From contig CBDBKE010000003.1 of assembly GCA_965206645.1 (NCBI GenBank), positions 204,425 through 268,424 on the forward strand: a stretch of DNA of 64,000 bases, in the 5' to 3' direction. This document shows positions 58,785 to 64,000 of the stretch, one piece after another; within the stretch, counting starts at the first letter, position 1, and each line of letters opens with the position of its first letter. The notes beneath the pieces were generated by a model that did not search any database, had not been told where the DNA came from, and saw nothing but the letters and a program-made list of their open reading frames with translations. Both the position numbers and the translations under genes were made by a program. The stretch comes from Terriglobia bacterium (GTDB lineage Bacteria; Acidobacteriota; Terriglobia; JAJPHL01; JAPKYU01).

Positions 58785-58995
58785 GCTCCGGCCCGGCTCC
58801 GTCGCCTTCCCAAACCTTGCCCTGTGAATTCGTGGTGGCGGCTAGAGCTTCGCGAGGGAGCAAGCGTACTCGTGGACAACGCCAGGCTGCTGGAAACAAT
58901 CGCGTGGGACACAGGCGCAGACACCCGATGGATTAACCACGAAACCTGGCTTGGTTAACCACAAAAAGGGATGTACCCCTTCAAAAACCTTTTAG

Positions 58996-60644
58996 CCCGG
59001 ATTTCCTTTTTGAAAACGCAGCGGCAACCTTCAGCTAACCTCCAACGTCAATATTGATACTGGTTGCAGCATCAATCGGAGCGTTCGGAGGCGTAAACCC
59101 AATGGGTGAGAGCGGAAAACAGGGATTTCAGCTGTCGTTCAACCGATTTCTGCGAGTCGGATTTCAGGGATCACGGGTGACTTCCAATGGTGGACTGATT
59201 CTGGTCCGGGAGTTGGATGAGCGTCTGGGATTCAGCGAACTCATTGACGAGCACCTGACCGATTCGCGGGCAAACAATGCTCGGTTTTCTTTCGCGGACT
59301 TGCTGCGGCAGTCGGTCTACAGTCGCCTAGCTGGATACGAGGATGTAAATGATGCCGAGCGGCTGTCGCAAGACCCGACCTTTCGGCTGATTGGTTCAGA
59401 GAAGACTTGGGAACGAGGCGCGGCGCTGACCTCCAGGTTGCAAACTTTCGAGACGGAGATGCTGGCGAAGGTGGAGAACTTCGTCGGGTTAGCCCGGATC
59501 AACCGGGAACTGATCGGAAAGGTCGAAGCCTTCCAGTGGCACTACCGAGCGGTGCTGGATATGGACTCAACCGAGATTCCGGTCTACGGGGAGCAGGAAC
59601 AGAGCGCCTACAACGGACACTTCGAGTCCACTTGCTATCACCCGCTGCTTTTGTTCAATCGAGACGGCGACTGTCTGGCGGCCCAGCTCCGTCCGGGCAA
59701 CGCGCACAGTGCCGAGGGTTGGGAGAAACTCCTGTTGCCCGAGATTGAGCGCCAGCAAAGAATGGGAAAAGAGATTGCGTTTCGGGCGGACGCGGCCTTT
59801 GCCAAGCCGGAGGTGTACGAGGCATTGGAGGAACGGGGTGTGAAGTACGCAATTCGCATCCCGGCCAACGATATTCTGCAGCGAGACATCGAAGAGCTAC
59901 TGAAACGCCCCGTGGGAAGGCCCACCAAGAAACCGCTGGTCGAGTACAAGGGGTTCTTGTACCAGGCAGCCGGTTGGAAGACGGCTCGAAGGGTGGTGGC
60001 GAAAGTAGAGCATCATTCCGGGGAGTTGTTCCCGCGAGTGGGGTTCATTGTAACGAATCTGACGCTGCCGAATCGGGCGGTGGTGCGATTCTATAACAAG
60101 CGCGGCACCGCAGAACAGTGGATCAAGGAAGGCAAGCAGGCGGTGAAGATGACGCGGCTCAGTTGCCACAAGTTCCGATCTAACGAGGTACGGCTTTGGC
60201 TGACGATCATCGCCTACAACCTGGGCAACTTGTGGCGACGGCTAGTGCTGCCACAGAGAATCGAGAAGTGGTCCTTGACGAGCCTCCAGCAGCGGCTGGT
60301 GAAAACCGGAGGACGGCTCGTAAAACACGCACGGTACTACTGGCTCCTGCTGGCCGAGGGCCATTTGACCCGACGGCTGTTTGCCAGCATGCTGGGGCGG
60401 ATCGATGGATTGGCACTCCCGTCGGGATAGCCTGGGCTACGGCACACAAGAAAACGATGCCGCTATCCCCCAGGTATGGAGAGTTGTCTGAAAAAGCTGG
60501 GTTTGGATGCTGATTGGACGGTTTTAGGGGACCCCGAAAGGGACGCTCGGAGCCGATGGTCCTCTCGGAGAAAACATTGTACTCGCTGGGACGCAGATGC
60601 TTGTATATTTTCAATCGCCGCAAGGCCAAAAAGGAAATTCCGGT
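58996..60644 (+). mobile_element. IS1380-family insertion sequence, about 1.65 kb
   Basis: Imperfect terminal inverted repeats CCCGGATTTCCTTTTTGAAAAC / (rc) ACCGGAATTTCCTTTTTGGCC. 4-bp direct repeat TTAG at 58992-58995 and 60645-60648. Confidence 0.8.
59054..60430 (+). CDS. IS1380-family transposase (DDE)
   Basis: N-terminal FNRFLRVGF...GGLILVRELDERLG...AGYEDVNDAERL is typical of IS1380. Its true start may be the ATG at 59100. Confidence 0.85.
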   Translation: MILVAASIGAFGGVNPMGESGKQGFQLSFNRFLRVGFQGSRVTSNGGLILVRELDERLGFSELIDEHLTDSRANNARFSFADLLRQSVYSRLAGYEDVNDAERLSQDPTFRLIGSEKTWERGAALTSRLQTFETEMLAKVENFVGLARINRELIGKVEAFQWHYRAVLDMDSTEIPVYGEQEQSAYNGHFESTCYHPLLLFNRDGDCLAAQLRPGNAHSAEGWEKLLLPEIERQQRMGKEIAFRADAAFAKPEVYEALEERGVKYAIRIPANDILQRDIEELLKRPVGRPTKKPLVEYKGFLYQAAGWKTARRVVAKVEHHSGELFPRVGFIVTNLTLPNRAVVRFYNKRGTAEQWIKEGKQAVKMTRLSCHKFRSNEVRLWLTIIAYNLGNLWRRLVLPQRIEKWSLTSLQQRLVKTGGRLVKHARYYWLLLAEGHLTRRLFASMLGRIDGLALPSG

Positions 60645-60669
60645 TTAGTTAAGTGGGCACCAGGCGGAA

Positions 60670-63342
60670 TTAACTTCTGGTAATGAATTCATCCAAATTC
60701 AGGAGGAGTCGGCAAACCCCGAGCCAGGCCGCTGCCTCTGCAGGGTCGATCCCTTCAAGCTCGATCGCGGGGAATAGACTGTCCACCAATTCTCTCTTTT
60801 CCTCCAGAATATCTTTCTGCTGCTGGTAATAGCCAACCAGGCGAGCTTTTTCCTGCGGTCGGGGTTCTCGTCCCAGGGAGAGTCGGAAAGCGTAATTCAG
60901 CCGGTCATTCCAACTGCCTCGCTCCTCCCGCAAGATCCTGATGGCCATCACCTGGGCCGCTTCTACAAATACCGGATCGTTGAGAAGGTTCAGCGCCTGC
61001 AAGGGCGTGGTAGACCGTTCTCGCCGGGTGCAGGACAACAGAGCATCCGGCGCATCAAAATTGAGCAATTGCGGGTAGGGGGTGGTGCGCAGGAACATCG
61101 TGTAAAGGCCCCGGCGATAGCGGTCCGCTCCTGTGCTTTCTATCCATTTCTCCGGACCGCCACCAAAACCCAACTCGATCACCCCCGGGGGTTGGGGCGG
61201 GCGCACGCTCTTACCCCCGATCGCGCGATTCAGCAGCCCGCTGGCGACCAATGTCGAATCGCGGACCAATTCTGCTGGCAGACTGAGGCGTACCTGACGG
61301 GCGAGCAGCTTGTTATAAGCATCGCGCTCCCGTAAATCGTCTCTCACGTTCGAGGATTGGCGGTAGGTGGCCGACTCCACGATGAGCCTATGCATCCGCT
61401 TCATGTTCCAGCCGCTCGCCATGAATTCCGCAGCCAGCCAATCCAGCAGTTCCGGGTGTGTGGGCCGATCTCCCCGGGTGCCAAAGTCCCCGGAAGTTCC
61501 TACCAGTCCGCGACCAAAGAACTCCTGCCAGGCGCGGTTGACCCAGACCCGCGCGGTGAGCGGGTTGTCCTTCGAAACCAGCCACCGGCCCAGGGTGAGT
61601 CGGGAAGGACTGGCATCCTGGGCAGGGGGATTCAGTACTGCTGGCGTGGCGGGTTGGACCTCAATTCCGGGGTTCCGATGATCACCTCGGATCAAAATGT
61701 GCGTCTTGGGAGGATCAGGATTCTCGACGAGAATTTGAGCTTCACTCAGCCCCGGATACTGCTCCTTCAGTGTATCCAATTTGCCCTTGAGTTCCTTAAA
61801 TTTCAATTCCTCGTACTTCTTACGGCCAAACGTTTCCCCAACAGTCCCAACGAATTGGTCCGTCAGCCTATCTCTTTGCTTCGGCGTTCGTAAGCCAGGG
61901 TCGAGCTTCAGTATCTGCTGCCCGCCGGCGAATTCGGTTCCTAAAAGGTCCCAGGCGATGTCATAGGAAGGATCCACCCCTGGATTCGCCCCGGCTGCCA
62001 GCGTTTTCCGTTCCCAGTCGGGTTGTAATTCCAGAACTTTGTATTCCTCTAACAATACCTTTCTCTTGTTGTCATATTCTGGTCTGCCTTGCAGGTAAGC
62101 GCCCAATTCCCACGAGAGAGGAGCCTCGATATTCTGTTCACTGGCGCGGTCAAAAAACGCAAATAACTGATAAAATTCTTTCTGGGTAAGCGGATCATAT
62201 TTGTGATCGTGACAGCGCGCGCAGCCGACCGTCATGGCAAGCCAGACGGTACCCAGCGTCGAGGTCCGATCCACGACCTGTTCCACGCGATACTCCTCCA
62301 GGTCAATTCCCCCTTCCCGGTTGGTCAGGGTGTTACGAAGAAATCCAGTGGCAATCTTTTGTCGGATCGTGGCATTGGGCAACAAGTCTCCGGCGATTTG
62401 CTCGACGGTGAATTCGTCGAACGGCATATTTCGATTCAGCGCCTGAATTACCCAATCGCGCCATTGCCAGGCATGGGGTCGTACACGGTCCGTTTCATAC
62501 CCGTCACTGTCGGCGTAATGCGCTAAGTCGAGCCAGTGCCGCGCCCATTTCTCTCCATAGTGCGGGGAGGCCAACAGGCGGTCCACCAGCCGCTCATACG
62601 CATCCGCGCGCTTGTCGGCCAGAAACTGGGCAATTTCCTTCGGGGTTGGAGGTAAGCCGACGAGATCGAAACTGATACGCCGGATCAAAGTCACCCGGTC
62701 TGCTTCCTGGGACGGCTCGATCCCCTCGGCCTCGAGCTTGGCCAGGACAAACGCATCAATTGGATTGCGAACCCAGGCCTGCCTACGAACATTGTTACGC
62801 AACTTGGGAAGGGGAGGGCGCTGCGGCGGGAGGAACGCCCAGTGCTTGCTCCTCGCCTCCGGTACTTTCTTCGCGGGTGCGCCCGCCCCCGGGCCCTCCT
62901 CCGGGACGGAAGCAACTTCTTCGGGCCACTTAGCTCCCTGGTCGATCCACGCGCGTAGCAAACCTACCTGCTCCGGGGTGAGCCGTTCCCCCACCATCGG
63001 CATGATCAGATCTTTTTTCAGCCCAGCAACCAGGTGAATCAGCTTGCTTTCGGCGCTGTTGCCCGGCTTGATCACCGGCCCCGCGTAGCCTCCGGCCATC
63101 GCGGCAACCTTTTCATCCAGGCGTAGACCACCCATCTGTTGCTTCGGGCCATGACAGGAGTAGCAGGTCTCTTTAAACAGGGGCTCGACGTCCCGTGAAA
63201 AATCAACCTGGGTCTTTGCCGCAGGAGGCAGGGCCTGGATGTCTATTCCCCGGGCCAACTGGGGAATGTAAGGGATTCCTAGAAGGAAAAGCACCGCTAC
63301 ACTTGCGGTGAAGATCTTTCGGGACATGGGAATGAAATCCAA
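60670..63342 (-). CDS. PSCyt1/DUF1549/DUF1553 (PSD1) domain protein, Planctomycete-type cytochrome-domain protein
   Basis: N-terminal CxxCH (CYSCHGPK), a central DUF1549-like region (HYADSDGYE) and a C-terminal DUF1553-like region. Confidence 0.85.
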   Translation of the reverse strand: MDFIPMSRKIFTASVAVLFLLGIPYIPQLARGIDIQALPPAAKTQVDFSRDVEPLFKETCYSCHGPKQQMGGLRLDEKVAAMAGGYAGPVIKPGNSAESKLIHLVAGLKKDLIMPMVGERLTPEQVGLLRAWIDQGAKWPEEVASVPEEGPGAGAPAKKVPEARSKHWAFLPPQRPPLPKLRNNVRRQAWVRNPIDAFVLAKLEAEGIEPSQEADRVTLIRRISFDLVGLPPTPKEIAQFLADKRADAYERLVDRLLASPHYGEKWARHWLDLAHYADSDGYETDRVRPHAWQWRDWVIQALNRNMPFDEFTVEQIAGDLLPNATIRQKIATGFLRNTLTNREGGIDLEEYRVEQVVDRTSTLGTVWLAMTVGCARCHDHKYDPLTQKEFYQLFAFFDRASEQNIEAPLSWELGAYLQGRPEYDNKRKVLLEEYKVLELQPDWERKTLAAGANPGVDPSYDIAWDLLGTEFAGGQQILKLDPGLRTPKQRDRLTDQFVGTVGETFGRKKYEELKFKELKGKLDTLKEQYPGLSEAQILVENPDPPKTHILIRGDHRNPGIEVQPATPAVLNPPAQDASPSRLTLGRWLVSKDNPLTARVWVNRAWQEFFGRGLVGTSGDFGTRGDRPTHPELLDWLAAEFMASGWNMKRMHRLIVESATYRQSSNVRDDLRERDAYNKLLARQVRLSLPAELVRDSTLVASGLLNRAIGGKSVRPPQPPGVIELGFGGGPEKWIESTGADRYRRGLYTMFLRTTPYPQLLNFDAPDALLSCTRRERSTTPLQALNLLNDPVFVEAAQVMAIRILREERGSWNDRLNYAFRLSLGREPRPQEKARLVGYYQQQKDILEEKRELVDSLFPAIELEGIDPAEAAAWLGVCRLLLNLDEFITRS

Positions 63343-63359
63343 AAGAAAACCTGGGCCTC

Positions 63360-64000
63360 CTATGCCAACAACTTGTGCGCCACTTCGCCGGCCACATCGG
63401 TAAGCCGAAAATCGCGGCCCTGGTGGCGATGGGTGAGCTTCTTATGATTGAAACCCAGGCAGTGCAGGATGGTGGCATGCAGGTCGTGGACAAAGATCGG
63501 ATCTTCAACAACGGTGAACCCCAGCTCATCGGTCTTGCCGATCACCTGTCCGCGCTTGATTCCTCCCCCGGCCATCCACATGCTGAAAGCGTGACGGTGG
63601 TGATCCCTACCCCAATAATCTTTATCCGGCTTGCGAGCCTCCACCATCGGCGTCCGCCCGAACTCGCCTCCCCAGATGACCAGGGTATTCTCCAGCAACC
63701 CCCGTTGTTTGAGGTCTTTCAGCAGGGCAGCAGTGGGCTGGTCGGTAATGGCGCAGTTTTTCTTCAGTTTTTTGTTCAGCTCTCTATGATCATCCCAAGT
63801 GGCATGAAGCAGTTGTACAAAGCGCACGCCCCGTTCGATCATCCGCCGCGCCAACAGGCAGTTGATGGCGAAAGGTCGAGTGGGCTCCTTGTTGACCCCG
63901 TACATCTCCAAGGTGCTGCGCGATTCCTTGGAGAAGTCCAGCAGTTCCGGACCGGCCGTTTGCATGCGAAACGCCAACTCGTAGGAAGCAATCCGGGAGG
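63360..64000 (-). CDS. DUF1501 (sulfatase-like) family protein, C-terminal part; the gene continues beyond the window
   Basis: GGEFGRTP...GRDHH motifs. It is the usual partner of PSCyt/DUF1549/DUF1553 genes. Confidence 0.8.
   Translation of the reverse strand, partial: SRIASYELAFRMQTAGPELLDFSKESRSTLEMYGVNKEPTRPFAINCLLARRMIERGVRFVQLLHATWDDHRELNKKLKKNCAITDQPTAALLKDLKQRGLLENTLVIWGGEFGRTPMVEARKPDKDYWGRDHHRHAFSMWMAGGGIKRGQVIGKTDELGFTVVEDPIFVHDLHATILHCLGFNHKKLTHRHQGRDFRLTDVAGEVAHKLLA

Noticed and set aside
1-64000. tRNA/rRNA genes and CRISPR arrays
   Set aside because: No T-psi-C (GGTTCGAATCC-like) cores, no cloverleaf-sized conserved blocks in the intergenic regions, and no regularly spaced identical direct repeats with unique spacers. 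The only regular repeats are the short arrays listed as features.

Overview
The window is a high-GC (about 65%) bacterial chromosomal segment carrying roughly 55 genes, two insertion sequences and several intergenic tandem repeats. I infer an Acidobacteria (Solibacter/Koribacter-like) origin from a TIGR03437-like Soli_cterm tail and a Planctomycete-type PSCyt/DUF1549/DUF1553 plus DUF1501 gene pair. This is an inference from domain content, not a database search.

Main content:
- A sugar-modification cassette at the 5' end, with an RmlD-like reductase and a DegT-family aminotransferase.
- An IS3-family insertion sequence (7310-8589) with OrfA/OrfB, an A7 slippery site and a 4-bp AGGG target-site duplication.
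- Housekeeping genes: a CspA-family cold-shock protein, FumC/AspA-family lyase, comM, rpe, thiG, an IscA/ErpA-family protein, ubiX, lepB and bamD.
- A MacB/DevCA-like ABC efflux operon with two FtsX-family permeases, a membrane-fusion protein and an ATPase.
- A long, translationally coupled ABC-transporter-dependent polysaccharide locus (28.8-45.5 kb). It holds wzm, wzt with a C-terminal extension, two paralogous methyltransferase/coiled-coil proteins resembling WbdD chain terminators, about eight glycosyltransferases, an embedded TlpA-like thioredoxin and two further methyltransferases.
- One methyltransferase/coiled-coil gene contains a perfect 168-bp tandem repeat in its coiled-coil region.
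- A low-GC antisense two-gene cassette sits inside that locus.
- A roughly 1500-aa NHL-repeat protein with a Soli_cterm tail, and an IS1380-family element (58996-60644) flanked by a TTAG duplication.
- Five short intergenic tandem-repeat arrays.

Anomalies:
- Three apparent single-nucleotide frameshifts, in comM, lepB and the NHL giant gene.
- One in-frame stop that splits a protease-like/TPR gene.
- A FmdB-like zinc-ribbon remnant spread over three reading frames.

These may be sequencing errors rather than biology.

No rRNA, tRNA or CRISPR array was seen.
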